Under the pieces are notes generated by a model that saw only the letters and a list, made by a program, of their open reading frames with translations, was not told where the DNA came from and made no database searches. The translations under genes were made by a program, and so were the position numbers. 64,000 nucleotides of DNA from Candidatus Eiseniibacteriota bacterium (GTDB lineage Bacteria > Eisenbacteria > RBG-16-71-46), in the NCBI GenBank assembly GCA_963725865.1, contig CAVSAC010000014.1, positions 352,001-416,000 of the forward strand, read 5' to 3'. Of the stretch, positions 46,423 to 56,910 are shown in pieces; the stretch's first letter is position 1; each line of letters opens with the position of its first letter.

Positions 46423-48042
46423 TCAGTGCGAGGCTCCGGCCGCGATCGGCGCCGGCGCGGCCGCCAGCGGCGCACGCGCGGCCGGCGTCAGGACGGCGAA
46501 CACGTCGCGCGCGCCCCGGGCGCGGCGCAGCACGGCCAGCGCGCGCTCGAACACGGCATCACCTTCGAGCGCGACCTTCGCGCCGGCCGCCTCGCCCTCG
46601 GTGCGGCGGGCCAGCTCGCGGCGCAGCGCGCGCTCCAGCAGCGGGCGCTCGGCGGTCTGCTCGGCCGCGTCGCCGGGCAGCCGCTCCTGGCTCAGGAAGT
46701 CCTCGAAGCCGCGGCGCATCGCGTCGTCGATCGTCGCATGCGCGCCGGGGTGGGTGGTGACCCAGCGGCTCGCGAAGCGCAGCGCGAGCCCGCGTCGCTC
46801 GACCTCGCGCGCCAGCGGCGGAAGCGAGTCCGGCGTGATCTCGAGATCCGGCGCGATGCCGCCGCCACCGTAGACGATGCGCCCCGACTTGGTGCGGAAT
46901 TGCGGTCGTTCCGCGGCGGCACCGGCAGGCGTGGAGTCCGCAGGGCTGTCGGAGTCGTCCTCCTCGTCCACGCTCCCCTCGCCCGGGCGCGGGCCGCGGT
47001 GGATCGAGCGACCGCTCGGCGTGAAGTAGAGCGCGGTGGTGAGCTTGACCGCCCCGTTGCCGCCCGGCAGTGGGAACACGCTCTGCACCGAACCCTTGCC
47101 GAACGACGTCTGACCCACGACCAGCGCGCGGTCGAGATCCTGGAGCGCGCCGGCCACGATCTCGGAGGCCGAGGCCGTGCCCCGGTCGATCAGCACCACC
47201 AGCGGGGCGCTCACGTCGGCGCGCGCGTCGGCCGCGGAGTAGCGGGCGTCCGCGCCGCGGGCGCGGCCGTCGGTGTACACCACCAGCGCGCCGCGCGGCA
47301 GGAACTGCTGCGCCACGCTCACCGCCTGGTCGAGCAGCCCGCCCGGATTCAGGCGCAGGTCGAGCACGAACGCGCGCGCGCCCTGGCGCCGCAGCGCGCC
47401 GAGCGCGGCCTGCAGCTCGGTCGCCGAGGTCTCCGAGAAGCTCGCGAGGCGCACGTAGCCGATCCCCGGCTCCGCCAGGAAGGCGTACGGCACGCTCTTC
47501 GTGTGGATGGTGCGGCGCGTGAGGGTGAGCTCGCGCTCGGTGGACTCGCCCTCGCGATCGATGGACAGGCTCACCGTGGACCCCTCGGGTCCGCGCAGCA
47601 GGTTCGCGATGTCCTCCATGGCGAGCCCCGCCGTGCTCTTGCCGCCGATCCGCACGATCACGTCGCCGGCGCTGATCCCCGCCTCCCATGCGGGAGTGCC
47701 CTCGATCGGAGCGATCACGGTCGGGAAGTTGTCGCGGATGCCGACCACCGTGCCGATCCCGTCGAACGAGCCCTGCGCGCTGCTCTGCAGCAGGCCGTAC
47801 GACTTGGCGTCGAGGTACTGCGAATAGGGATCGAGGTCGCGCAACATGCCGCGCATCGCGCCGGAGACCAGCTTCTGGGGATCCACCGGATCGACGTAGT
47901 TCTGGTCGACCTTGTGGAGCACCTCGATGAACAGGTCGAGATTGCCGTAGAGGCCGCCCGCAGCGCCGCCGCGCCCCGCCCACCAGCCGAGCACGAAGAG
48001 CAGGACGAACAGAGCAGCGAGGAGTGCGCGAGTGCGGATCAA
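46423..48042 (-). CDS. ctpA: S41A carboxy-terminal processing protease with PDZ domain
   Basis: LDPYSQY, PDZ motif FDGIG, LDLRLNPGGLL, TASASEIVAGALQD, SFGKGSVQ; TTG start after AGGAGAGG. Confidence 0.9.
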   Translation of the reverse strand: MIRTRALLAALFVLLFVLGWWAGRGGAAGGLYGNLDLFIEVLHKVDQNYVDPVDPQKLVSGAMRGMLRDLDPYSQYLDAKSYGLLQSSAQGSFDGIGTVVGIRDNFPTVIAPIEGTPAWEAGISAGDVIVRIGGKSTAGLAMEDIANLLRGPEGSTVSLSIDREGESTERELTLTRRTIHTKSVPYAFLAEPGIGYVRLASFSETSATELQAALGALRRQGARAFVLDLRLNPGGLLDQAVSVAQQFLPRGALVVYTDGRARGADARYSAADARADVSAPLVVLIDRGTASASEIVAGALQDLDRALVVGQTSFGKGSVQSVFPLPGGNGAVKLTTALYFTPSGRSIHRGPRPGEGSVDEEDDSDSPADSTPAGAAAERPQFRTKSGRIVYGGGGIAPDLEITPDSLPPLAREVERRGLALRFASRWVTTHPGAHATIDDAMRRGFEDFLSQERLPGDAAEQTAERPLLERALRRELARRTEGEAAGAKVALEGDAVFERALAVLRRARGARDVFAVLTPAARAPLAAAPAPIAAGASH

Positions 48043-48117
48043 GACCTCTCCTGAAGCGGCTCCGGACCGGGCGGACGCGGGTCCGCCGGGAGGAGCCGGC
48101 GGACGAAGAGCGCACGG

Positions 48118-48126
48118 ACTATAGCA
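48118..48126 (-). promoter_or_regulatory. Putative extended -10 promoter upstream of ctpA
   Basis: TGcTATAGT on the minus strand. Confidence 0.35.
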
Positions 48127-48154
48127 CAGCGCCGCGCGGCGGCCGGGCCCCGGC

Positions 48155-49825
48155 TCAGCGCCCGGCCGCGGGCGGGAGCGCGCCGCGAGCGGCCTCGAAC
48201 AGCATCGCTTCGACGGTGGCCGCGGTGCGCTCGACATCGGGCGGCAGCGGGCCGAGCGCGCGCGCGCGCGTCAGACAGCGCCGCGCCGCGAGCGGATCTC
48301 CCGCCGCCAGCCAGCCCTGGCTGGCGAGCAGCAGGTGGCGCGGGTTCGGCAGGATCGCGCTCGCGCGCTCGAAGTGACGCGCCGCCGTCCCGAAGTCACG
48401 CTGCGCCGCGGCGCGATACGCGAGGTAGGTGAGTGCGTGGTTGCGCTGCTCGGCCGGCGGGGCCCATGCCCCGTCGACCAGCGCGAGCGCGCGGCGCTCA
48501 CCGGCCCCGGCGTCGGCGTTCACCGCGACCCAGCCGAGCGCCTGCAGGGCGAGCACCGGGAGCAGCCAGCGGAGCGCGCGCTCCAGTCGCGCCGTCGGGA
48601 CGCCTCCGAGCAGCGACGCGGCGCCGGCGCTCGCGAGCAGGCCGGGCAGCGCCACCAGGTCCCAGTCCCGCATCGCGCCCATGCCATGCGGCGCGACCGG
48701 AAACACCAGCAGCAGCGGAGCCAGTGGCACCAGCGCGGAGAACGCGAGCGCGCCGCGCGGCGAGCGCGCGAACGCGGCCAGCGCGTCGCGCCCGGCCGCG
48801 AGCGGCGCGATCACCGCCAGCGGCAGCGCCAGCGCCACCAGGTTCACGAGGTCCCAGGGCGGCGTGAGCCGCAGGTCCCGCGCGGACAGACTGCGCAGCA
48901 GATCGCCCGCGTCGCGGCCGAGCGTCGCTCCACCCGGCAGCGCGGCCGCCGCGAGGGCGAGTACTGCGGCCGCCAGCGTGAGCCCCACGTGCAGGCGCCG
49001 CACCGCGCGGCGGTCGTCGGCGAGCGCGGGGCCGAACCCGCGCCAGGCCTGCGCGATCAGCAGCACCAGGGCGAGCCGGTGGGCGAGCAGCAGCAGCAGC
49101 CACAGCAGCGCGGTGCGCACCGCATCGCGGGGATGCGCGAGCGGGCGCAGGAGCACCGCCCACCACCACGCGGCCACCGCGAGCGCGAGCGCCCAGGCTT
49201 CCGCGTAGCCCGCGAACGCCTGCAGCGTCCCGGCCAGCAGCAGCGCCAGCGTCAGGGAGCGCCGCCGGTCGGCCGGGGCACTCGCGGCCACCACGCTTCG
49301 CACGCCGGCCGCGTACAGCAGGAACAGCGCCAGCCCGATCACCGCGATCGCGGTCGGGATCGACCACCCGAGCCGCGCCAGGATCAGCGGCAGCGTGACG
49401 TTCACGAGGGCGTCGAGCGGCTGCGCGTGCAGGAAGCGCGCGAACGCGGCCAGATCCCAGCCGCCGGCGCCGCGGTCGGCGAGGGCGATCAGCGTGCGGA
49501 AGCGCATCTCGGTGTCGCCGAGCAGATGGGGCTGCTCGCGGAGTGGGAACGCGAGCGCCAGCCCCAGCGCGGCCACGATCGCCGCGAGCGGCACCCGCGG
49601 CAGCCGTGCCGCCGCCGCGAGCGCCACGCATCCCACCACCAGGGCCGCGGCCATCGCGGGACGGACGGAACGCAATCCGTCGAGCGCCCAGACCAGATTC
49701 GAGGCGGGCGGGGCGACGGCCAGCACCGCGAGCCACGCCAGCGTGAGGACCATCAGCGCGCGCGACGTCCGCGCCTCGGCGCCCGCGACCGATGCGACCG
49801 GGCGAGCGGAAACGCCCACGCTCAC
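48155..49825 (-). CDS. Polytopic membrane protein (GT-C-like topology possible) with a C-terminal TPR
   Basis: GTGA coupling to tmk; many TM segments; HLLGD, FAGYAE and RDWDL loops; TPR-like tail. Confidence 0.6.
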   Translation of the reverse strand: MSVGVSARPVASVAGAEARTSRALMVLTLAWLAVLAVAPPASNLVWALDGLRSVRPAMAAALVVGCVALAAAARLPRVPLAAIVAALGLALAFPLREQPHLLGDTEMRFRTLIALADRGAGGWDLAAFARFLHAQPLDALVNVTLPLILARLGWSIPTAIAVIGLALFLLYAAGVRSVVAASAPADRRRSLTLALLLAGTLQAFAGYAEAWALALAVAAWWWAVLLRPLAHPRDAVRTALLWLLLLLAHRLALVLLIAQAWRGFGPALADDRRAVRRLHVGLTLAAAVLALAAAALPGGATLGRDAGDLLRSLSARDLRLTPPWDLVNLVALALPLAVIAPLAAGRDALAAFARSPRGALAFSALVPLAPLLLVFPVAPHGMGAMRDWDLVALPGLLASAGAASLLGGVPTARLERALRWLLPVLALQALGWVAVNADAGAGERRALALVDGAWAPPAEQRNHALTYLAYRAAAQRDFGTAARHFERASAILPNPRHLLLASQGWLAAGDPLAARRCLTRARALGPLPPDVERTAATVEAMLFEAARGALPPAAGR

Positions 49826-50460
49826 GCCTTCCGGCCGGCGCCCACCAGTCGTGGCTCGAGCACCTCCCACGCGCGGGTCTCGAGCAGGTCGGGGCCCTGT
49901 CGCGCATCCAGCGTCACCCAGCGGCGGGGCTCGGCGGCGGCGAGCGCACGATAGGCATCGTGCACGCGAGTGTGGAACGCGAGGTCCTCGCGATCGAGCC
50001 GGTTCGTGTCGTCGGCGGCGCCCGCGCGGCGCGCGAGCCCGACCTCGGGCGCGAGGTCGAACCACAGCGTGAGATCGGGCGCCAGCCCCCCGGTCGCCAC
50101 GCGATTCCATTCGGCGAGCATCGCGCGATCGAGTCCGCGACCGCCACCCTGGTAGGCGAGCGTCGAGTCGGCGTAGCGGTCGCAGAGCACCACGCGCCCC
50201 TGCGCGAGCGCGGGGCGGATCACCGCGGCGACCAGATCGGCGCGCGCCGCCTCCATGAGCAGCGCCTCCGACACCGCGCCGGGTGCGAGCGACGGCGTGA
50301 GCAGCAGCGCGCGCACGCCCTCGGCGAGCGGCGTGCCGCCGGGCTCGCGCGTCAACAGCGGATCGTGGCCGGCGGTGCGCAGGCGCTCCGCCAGCCGGCG
50401 GAGCACCGTGGTCTTGCCCGAGCCCTCGCCGCCCTCGAAGGTGACGAAGAGCCCGGGCAT
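49822..50460 (-). CDS. tmk: Thymidylate kinase
   Basis: FVTFEGGEGSGKTT, TREPGGT, CDRYADSTLAYQGGGRG, PDLT. Confidence 0.95.
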   Translation of the reverse strand: MPGLFVTFEGGEGSGKTTVLRRLAERLRTAGHDPLLTREPGGTPLAEGVRALLLTPSLAPGAVSEALLMEAARADLVAAVIRPALAQGRVVLCDRYADSTLAYQGGGRGLDRAMLAEWNRVATGGLAPDLTLWFDLAPEVGLARRAGAADDTNRLDREDLAFHTRVHDAYRALAAAEPRRWVTLDARQGPDLLETRAWEVLEPRLVGAGRKA

Positions 50461-50485
50461 CCGTCGCTCCGCGTGGCCCACGCGC

Positions 50486-51715
50486 TCAGCGCGCGCGGCC
50501 CGCCTTCGCCTTCGCGCGCCGGGCCGGCTTGCGCGCCGCGGTTGTGCGCGCCTTCGGTCCGGAACCGTTCACGGCGGGGCCCGTGGTCGGCGCGGCCTCG
50601 CGCTGGACGGTCGGCGCCTTGATGCGCAGCGACCGCTCGACGCCCTTCGGGTCGCGGATGAACGCTTCGGTCAACTCGCGCGCGGCGTCGTCCGGGATCT
50701 GCACCGGCGGCGACTTCTTGAAGTACGACGACGGCGCGATGAGCGCGCCCTTGAGGCCGTGGTCGAGCCCGATCTTGGCGCAGCGCACCGCATCGATCAC
50801 CACGCCGGCCGAGTTGGGCGAGTCCCAGACCTCGAGCTTGAGCTCCAGGTTGAGCGGCACGTCACCGAACGTCGTGCCCTCCATCCGGATGTGGCACCAC
50901 TTGCGGTCCTTGAGCCACGGGATGTAGTCGCTGGGGCCGACGTGGATGTCGTCCTCGTGCAGCTCGTACGGCATGATGCTGGTGACGGCGCGGGTCTTCG
51001 AGATCTTCTTCGACTCGAGGCGCTCGCGCTCGAGCATGTTGAGGAAGTCGGTGTTGCCCCCGAAATTGAGCTGATACGTGCGGTCGATGCGCACCGCGCG
51101 GTCCACGAACAGCCGCGTCAGCACGCGGTGGGTGATGGTCGCGCCGACCTGCGACTTGATGTCGTCCCCGATCACGGGCAGCCCGCGCTTCTCGAACCGC
51201 CGCTGCCAGTACGGCTCGCGGGCGATGAACACCGGGATGCAGTTCACGAACGCGCAGCCGGCCTCGAGCACCTGCTCGACGTACCACTTGGTGGCCTCCT
51301 CGGAGCCCACCGGCAGGTAGTTCACGACCACGTCGGTCTGCGTGTCCCTGAGCAGCTTCACGATGTCGACGGTGGAGCCCGGCGCCTTCTGGATGATCTG
51401 CGAGAGGTACTTGCCGAGCCCGTCGTGCGTCATGCCGCGCTGCACCGTCACGCCCATCTTGGGCACCTTGGTGAACACGAACGTGTTGTTCGGCCATTCC
51501 ACGATGGCCTGCGAGACATCCTTGCCCACCTTGTTCTTGTCGATGTCGATGGCGGCCACGATCTCGACGTCGCGGATGTGGTATCCGCCGAGGTTCGCGT
51601 GCATGAGCCCCGGGATGCGGTCGCTCTCCTTGGCATTGCGGTAGTAGTGGAGCCCCTGCACGAACGAGGACGCGCAATTGCCCACACCGATGATCGCGAC
51701 TCGGACCTTGCCCAT
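50486..51715 (-). CDS. ino1: myo-inositol-1-phosphate synthase (actinobacterial/archaeal type)
   Basis: [71 protein letters not shown]. Confidence 0.95.
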   Translation of the reverse strand: MGKVRVAIIGVGNCASSFVQGLHYYRNAKESDRIPGLMHANLGGYHIRDVEIVAAIDIDKNKVGKDVSQAIVEWPNNTFVFTKVPKMGVTVQRGMTHDGLGKYLSQIIQKAPGSTVDIVKLLRDTQTDVVVNYLPVGSEEATKWYVEQVLEAGCAFVNCIPVFIAREPYWQRRFEKRGLPVIGDDIKSQVGATITHRVLTRLFVDRAVRIDRTYQLNFGGNTDFLNMLERERLESKKISKTRAVTSIMPYELHEDDIHVGPSDYIPWLKDRKWCHIRMEGTTFGDVPLNLELKLEVWDSPNSAGVVIDAVRCAKIGLDHGLKGALIAPSSYFKKSPPVQIPDDAARELTEAFIRDPKGVERSLRIKAPTVQREAAPTTGPAVNGSGPKARTTAARKPARRAKAKAGRAR

Positions 51716-51729
51716 CGAGACCGAACCTC

Positions 51730-52458
51730 CTATCCGTCCTGACCCGCTCCGCGGGTGATCTTCCAAACGTGGACGACGCGCTGCGCCGCCGTGATGAACG
51801 AGAGCAGCGCCAGCAACAGCAGTGCGCCGGACATCGCCCAGAACACCTTGAGCAGCCCCGCCAGGATGAGCAGCGCGAGCCGCTCCGGGCGCTCGAACCA
51901 GCCCACCTTGCACGCCAGCCCGAGCCCCTCGGCCCGCGCCCGCGTGTACGACACCATGAACGAACCCAGCGCGGCGACCATCGCGGTCACGGCGAGCAGC
52001 GCCCAGGTCACCGGCAGCAGGCCCATGGCAGCCTGCTCGAGCACGCGCCGGGGATCGAACACGAGCGCCAGCAGGTTGCGGATGTAGAAGCCCGCGATGC
52101 CGATCAGCACCGCGCCTTCGGCGACGCGGTCGAGCGTGGAATCGAAGAACGCACCGAAGCGCGTCTCACCCCCCGAGCCGCGCGCCACCTGTCCGTCGAG
52201 GATGTCGCAGAGCCCGGCCAGCAGCAGGAACACCGCGCCCAACTGTGGGTGCGCGTCGAAGAACGCGTACGCCGCCAGCAGGCTGAGCAGCAGCCCCGCC
52301 ACCGTGAGGTGGTTGGCGCGGATGCCCACGCCCACCAGCCCGCGCACCACCGGGTCGAGCACCGCGTGCGCGCCGACGCGCAGGCGCGCCTTGAGCGCCT
52401 GCAGCGCTCCCGCGCGCGGCGGCGCCGGCGTGCCGGAGACGGCCTGGCGCACGGTCAC
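51730..52458 (-). CDS. CDP-alcohol phosphatidyltransferase, phosphatidylinositol-phosphate synthase-like
   Basis: [14 protein letters not shown]...[31 protein letters not shown]; directly upstream of ino1. Confidence 0.85.
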   Translation of the reverse strand: MTVRQAVSGTPAPPRAGALQALKARLRVGAHAVLDPVVRGLVGVGIRANHLTVAGLLLSLLAAYAFFDAHPQLGAVFLLLAGLCDILDGQVARGSGGETRFGAFFDSTLDRVAEGAVLIGIAGFYIRNLLALVFDPRRVLEQAAMGLLPVTWALLAVTAMVAALGSFMVSYTRARAEGLGLACKVGWFERPERLALLILAGLLKVFWAMSGALLLLALLSFITAAQRVVHVWKITRGAGQDG

Positions 52459-53165
52459 GCTCCCGCCTCGTCCTTGCGCGTCCACCCCCCGAGCACCAAC
52501 ACCATCTCGCCTCGTCTCTGGTCGGGCCGCAGCGCCGCGCGCACCTCGCTCGCGGTCCCGCGCAGCACCTGTTCGTGCACCTTCGTCAGCTCGCGCGCCA
52601 GCGCGATGGGCCGCTCGCCCCAGACCGCCTCGAGATCCTCGAGGCACGCCACGATGCGATGCGGCGATTCGAACGCCACCAGCGTCTCGCGCCGGTCGCG
52701 CCACTCCTCCAGGCGGCGGCGGCGCGCCGCGCCCTTCACCGGCAGGAACCCCACGAACGTGAACGCGTCCGTCGGCAGTCCGCTGACCTGGAGCGCGGCG
52801 ATCACCGCGCTCGGCCCCGGCACGCTCTCGACCCGCACGCCCGCGGCGACTGCGGCCCGCACCAGCGGATACCCTGGATCGCTCACGCCCGGCGAGCCCG
52901 CGTCGGTCACCAGGGCGACCGAGTCGCCCTCCTCCAGCCGCCGCAGCAGACCCGGGATGCGCGCGCGCTCATTGTGCTCGAACACGCTGGTGACCGGCAC
53001 CGACAACCCGAAGTGCTCGAGCAGCCGCCGCGTGTGACGCGTGTCCTCGGCGGCCACGAGCGCCACCTCGCCGAGCACGCGCAGCGCGCGCCGGGTGATG
53101 TCCTCGAGATTGCCGATGGGGGTCGCCACCAGGAACAGAGTCCCCGGCGGCCGCGCGTCGGTCAC
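52455..53165 (-). CDS. rsmI: 16S rRNA (cytidine1402-2'-O)-methyltransferase
   Basis: LVATPIGNLEDIT, AEDTRHT, DAGSPGVSDPG, FESPHR, ARELTKVHE. Confidence 0.95.
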   Translation of the reverse strand: MTDARPPGTLFLVATPIGNLEDITRRALRVLGEVALVAAEDTRHTRRLLEHFGLSVPVTSVFEHNERARIPGLLRRLEEGDSVALVTDAGSPGVSDPGYPLVRAAVAAGVRVESVPGPSAVIAALQVSGLPTDAFTFVGFLPVKGAARRRRLEEWRDRRETLVAFESPHRIVACLEDLEAVWGERPIALARELTKVHEQVLRGTASEVRAALRPDQRRGEMVLVLGGWTRKDEAGA

Positions 53166-53319
53166 AGATGTCCTTAGAGCCCGCGGGTGCCCCGCAGTCA
53201 TGTCGGAAACCGGCGCAAGGTAGCACCGGGGCCCCGGCGACGTCTACTGACGGCGCGCCGGGACCGCGCGCGGGTGGCGTCGGTGCGCCGAGCGCGACCG
53301 CTCCGGTCCGCCGCGGGAG

Positions 53320-54384
53320 TCAGCGTGCGGCCGCCCGCTGCGCCTCGACCGCCGCGCGGAATCCGGTGATCGCGCGGTCGATGCCCGCGTCGTCCACGTC
53401 GAGATGCACGATCGCGCGCAGGCGGCGGGCGCCGAACGCCACCATGCGGACGCCGCGCTCGCTGAGCGCGGCGAGCACCGCGGCCGGATCGAGCGACGGA
53501 TGCTCGAGCGCGACGATCACGATGTTGGTCTCGGGCGTCGCCACCTTCACCCCGGGCACCGCACCGAAACCGCTCGCGAGCCGGCGCGCGCGCGCGTGGT
53601 CCTCCGCCAACCGCTCGACGTGGTGATCGAGCGCGTGCAGGCACGCGGCCGCCAGGATGCCGACCTGCCGCATGCCGCCGCCCCAGCGCTTGCGGGTCCG
53701 GCGCGCGGCGCGCACCACGTCGGCGGGTCCCACGAGGATCGAGCCGATCGGCGCCCCGAGGCCCTTCGAGAAGCACATCATCACGGTGTCCGCGCACGCC
53801 GCCCAGTCGCGGATGGGAATCCCGCTCGCCACGCTCGCGTTCCACAGCCGCGCCCCGTCGAGGTGCACGCGCATGCGGTGCGCGCGCGCCGCGGCCGCCA
53901 GGTCGCGCAGCGTGTCGAGCGGCACGATGACGCCGCCGTGACGGTTGTGCGTGTTCTCGAGGCAGAGCAGCGAGACCCGCGCCACGTGCTCGTCGGCCGC
54001 ATCACGCACCGCGGCGTCGATCTCCGCCGCGTCGAACGTCCCGTGCACGCCCCGCACCGGGTGTGCGAGGCAGCCGGAGTTCGCCGCGATGCCACCCTGC
54101 TCGTACAGCAGGATGTGCGCCTCGGCCTCCAGCACCACTTCGTCACCCGGGCGTGTCAGCGCGTTCACCGCGAGCTGATTGCCCATGGTGCCGCTCGGCA
54201 CGTACAGCGCGGAATCCTTGCCCGCGAGCTCCGCGACGCGGCGCTCGAGCGCCTGGACGGTGGGATCGTCCCCGAACACGTCGTCCCCCACCACGGCCTC
54301 GGCCATCGCGCGTCGCATCGCGGCGGTCGGGCGTGTGACGGTGTCGCTGCGCAGATCGACGGCGGGCAGGGTCGTGGAGGACAT
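53320..54384 (-). CDS. ltaE: Low-specificity L-threonine aldolase
   Basis: [57 protein letters not shown]. Confidence 0.93.
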   Translation of the reverse strand: MSSTTLPAVDLRSDTVTRPTAAMRRAMAEAVVGDDVFGDDPTVQALERRVAELAGKDSALYVPSGTMGNQLAVNALTRPGDEVVLEAEAHILLYEQGGIAANSGCLAHPVRGVHGTFDAAEIDAAVRDAADEHVARVSLLCLENTHNRHGGVIVPLDTLRDLAAAARAHRMRVHLDGARLWNASVASGIPIRDWAACADTVMMCFSKGLGAPIGSILVGPADVVRAARRTRKRWGGGMRQVGILAAACLHALDHHVERLAEDHARARRLASGFGAVPGVKVATPETNIVIVALEHPSLDPAAVLAALSERGVRMVAFGARRLRAIVHLDVDDAGIDRAITGFRAAVEAQRAAAR

Positions 54385-54672
54385 GGATCCGACTCCGGAG
54401 GGGGTGAGCGACGACCGAGCAAGGTCCGCGCAGGATACGACATCGGGCGCCGACCGCCGCCGAGCGCCTCGGCGGCTGGACCGAGACTTGACACGAAGCG
54501 CTTCCGGATGCCTTTTCATGGGTGCCGCACGTCTCGTGCGAGCGCGCGCGGCGCGCCCGGAACGATTCCGGGAAACCAGCGGCCGCCGCCCCGCATCCTG
54601 ACGGGCGACGCGCCGTGGACGGCGCTCCGCCCGGATCTCCCGGCGGAAGAACCACCGAAGGAGTGATGCGAC

Positions 54673-55371
54673 GTGTTCCCCATGTTCGGCTTCGATCCCA
54701 CCTTCCTGCTGCTCATCCCGGCGATGATCTTCGCCATGTGGGCACAGTGGAAGGTCCAGAGCACGTACGCGCGGTATGCCCGGGTGCCCGCCGGCAATGG
54801 GATGACCGGTCGCCAGATGGCGGCGGCGATCATGAACCGCAACGGCGTCAATGACGTGAAGATCGAGCCGGTCGGTGGAACGCTCAGCGACCACTACGAC
54901 CCGCGCTCGAAGACGGTGCGGCTTTCGGAGCCGATCTACGCCGGCGACTCGGTATCGGCGATCGCGGTCGCGGCGCACGAAGTCGGGCACGTGCTCCAGC
55001 ACGCGCAGGGCTACGCGCCGCTGGCGTTGCGCGCGAGCCTGGTGCCGGTCGCGAACTTCGGCAGCATGCTCGCCATGCCGCTGTTCTTCATCGGCTGGTT
55101 CTTCGGTCGTGGCCAGCTCGTGTGGCTCATGGACCTCGGCATCCTGTTCTTCGCGGCCGCAGTGGTGTTCCACCTGGTGACGCTGCCGGTGGAGTTCGAC
55201 GCCTCGAAACGGGCGCTCGCGCAGTTGACGAGCAGCGGCGCGATCGCGCCCGGCGAGGTCGCGGGCGCCAGGAAGGTGCTGAACGCGGCGGCGCTCACCT
55301 ATGTGGCGGCGGCCGCGATGTCGGCGCTGCAGCTGGTGCGGCTGCTGATGCTGCGCGACAGCCGGCGCTGA
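54673..55371 (+). CDS. YugP-like neutral zinc metallopeptidase (Zn_peptidase_2)
   Basis: [39 protein letters not shown]. Confidence 0.92.
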   Translation: MFPMFGFDPTFLLLIPAMIFAMWAQWKVQSTYARYARVPAGNGMTGRQMAAAIMNRNGVNDVKIEPVGGTLSDHYDPRSKTVRLSEPIYAGDSVSAIAVAAHEVGHVLQHAQGYAPLALRASLVPVANFGSMLAMPLFFIGWFFGRGQLVWLMDLGILFFAAAVVFHLVTLPVEFDASKRALAQLTSSGAIAPGEVAGARKVLNAAALTYVAAAAMSALQLVRLLMLRDSRR

Positions 55372-55394
55372 CGGCGCATCGGCGCCCAACGGGA

Positions 55395-55426
55395 CGGGGC
55401 GGGCTCTCGTGCGAGAGCCCGCCCCG
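55395..55426. terminator. Hairpin between convergent genes (likely bidirectional terminator)
   Basis: cggggcgggctctcg-tg-cgagagcccgccccg. Confidence 0.6.
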
Positions 55427-55465
55427 AAGTCGTTGTGCGGCGCGGATCGAGGGGCCGCCCCGCGC

Positions 55466-55744
55466 TCAGCCTTGGGCGACCATGTCCTTCAGTTCCTTGG
55501 ACACCTTGAACACCGGGACCTTGCGCGCCGCGACCGGCACGGCTTCGCCCGTCCGCGGGTTGCGAGCGATGCGAGGCTTGCGGTCCTTCACGCGGAAGGT
55601 CCCGAAGCCGCGGATCTCGATGTGGTGGCCGTTCGCGAGCGCCTTGGCGACCGCGGATAGGAACGAGTCGACGGTCTCGGCGACGTCCTTCTTGGTCAAA
55701 CCCGTACGCTCTGCGATCTGGTCCACGATATCGGCTTTGGTCAT
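55466..55744 (-). CDS. HU/IHF family DNA-binding protein
   Basis: MTKADIV...IEIRGFGTF...ARNPRTGE...[10 protein letters not shown]. Confidence 0.95.
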   Translation of the reverse strand: MTKADIVDQIAERTGLTKKDVAETVDSFLSAVAKALANGHHIEIRGFGTFRVKDRKPRIARNPRTGEAVPVAARKVPVFKVSKELKDMVAQG

Positions 55745-55810
55745 TCCATCCTCCTCGAGCCGGCGGCCTGGGGTTCCCGCCCTGGTCGATACCCCGGCGA
55801 AGTCGACGGC

Positions 55811-55840
55811 AGGCTAGCAAGCCACACGAAGGCGTGTCAA
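55811..55840 (-). promoter_or_regulatory. Putative sigma70-type promoter of the HU gene
   Basis: TTGACA-18 nt-TAGCCT with a TG extension. Confidence 0.55.
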
Positions 55841-55871
55841 TGCCTTCATGGACAAGGCCTTGGGCCGTTCC

Positions 55872-56831
55872 TTACCGCCCCCCGCCCTCTTCCGGGCCCG
55901 CGCCGAGTGCGCGCCGGCGGGCCGCTTCGATGGGATGAGCCTGCGCACGCGCCTGAGCGGCCCGCATGCGAGGCCGGCCTGCGGCGTCCTCCGCGCGCCA
56001 TTCGCTGGCGAACGCGCCGCTACGGATCTCGGCCAGGATCTCCCGCATGGCGGAACGCGCGGCCGGGCCGATCACGCGCGGACCGCGGGTGAGATCGCCG
56101 TAGAGCGCGGTGCCGCTGATGCCCTCGCGCATGCCGCTGACGCCGCGCGCGTGCAGCGCCTCGGCGAGGTAACGCAACTGGTGGACGCACTCGAGGTAGG
56201 CGACCTCGGGCGCGTAGCCGGCCTCGACCAGGGTCTCGAACGCCGCCGTCACCAGTGCGTTCATGCCGCCGCACAGCACGGTCTGCTCGCCGAAGAGGTC
56301 GACCTCGGTCTCCTCGCGCACCGTCGTGCTCCAGGTGGGCGCGCATCCGATGCCCGCCGCCCAGGCCGCGGCGAGCGATGCGCCGGTGCCGCTCGCGTCC
56401 TGGTGCACGGCGAGGTAGGCCGGCAGCTTCTCACCGCGCGCGACCGCGGCGCGCAGCACGGCGCCCGGCGCGGTCGGCGCCACCAGCACCACGTCCGCGC
56501 GCGGCGACAGCGCGAGATCGGAGTACAGGAGATTGAATCCGTGCGCGAACACGAACCCCGCGTCCGCGCGCGCCGCGCCGGCGAGGGCTCCCCACGCCGC
56601 GGGCACCGCCTCGTCCGGCAGCAGCACCGCGATCACCTCGGCGTCCCGCGCTGCGATCTCCGGCGGCCGGATCTCGAAGCCGTGCGCGCGAGCGCGCGCC
56701 TCGGCCGCGCGGCCCGGACGCGCGCCGACCAGCACGCGGTGCCCCGCGTCGCGCAGGTTGAGCGCCTGCGCCTCGCCCTGGTGCCCGAAGCCCACGATCG
56801 CCAGCGTCGCGCCCTCGAGTCGTCCGCTCAT
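55872..56831 (-). CDS. ilvC: Ketol-acid reductoisomerase (class I)
   Basis: GFGHQGEAQALNLRD, LLPDE, FAHGFN, ETEVDLFGEQTVLCGG, AYLECVH, ISGTALYG. Confidence 0.88.
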   Translation of the reverse strand: MSGRLEGATLAIVGFGHQGEAQALNLRDAGHRVLVGARPGRAAEARARAHGFEIRPPEIAARDAEVIAVLLPDEAVPAAWGALAGAARADAGFVFAHGFNLLYSDLALSPRADVVLVAPTAPGAVLRAAVARGEKLPAYLAVHQDASGTGASLAAAWAAGIGCAPTWSTTVREETEVDLFGEQTVLCGGMNALVTAAFETLVEAGYAPEVAYLECVHQLRYLAEALHARGVSGMREGISGTALYGDLTRGPRVIGPAARSAMREILAEIRSGAFASEWRAEDAAGRPRMRAAQARAQAHPIEAARRRALGAGPEEGGGR

Positions 56832-56910
56832 CGCTCCGTCCTCCTCGCCCGAACGCGCGACGCCGCGCGACCCGGCTCGGGCCGCGCGGCGCCGGTGGGT
56901 CGTGGTCGCG

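Noticed and set aside
54385..54672. Possible ncRNA or ECF promoter in the ltaE-yugP divergent region
   Set aside because: Only short GC hairpins and a TTGACA without a credible -10; not enough support.
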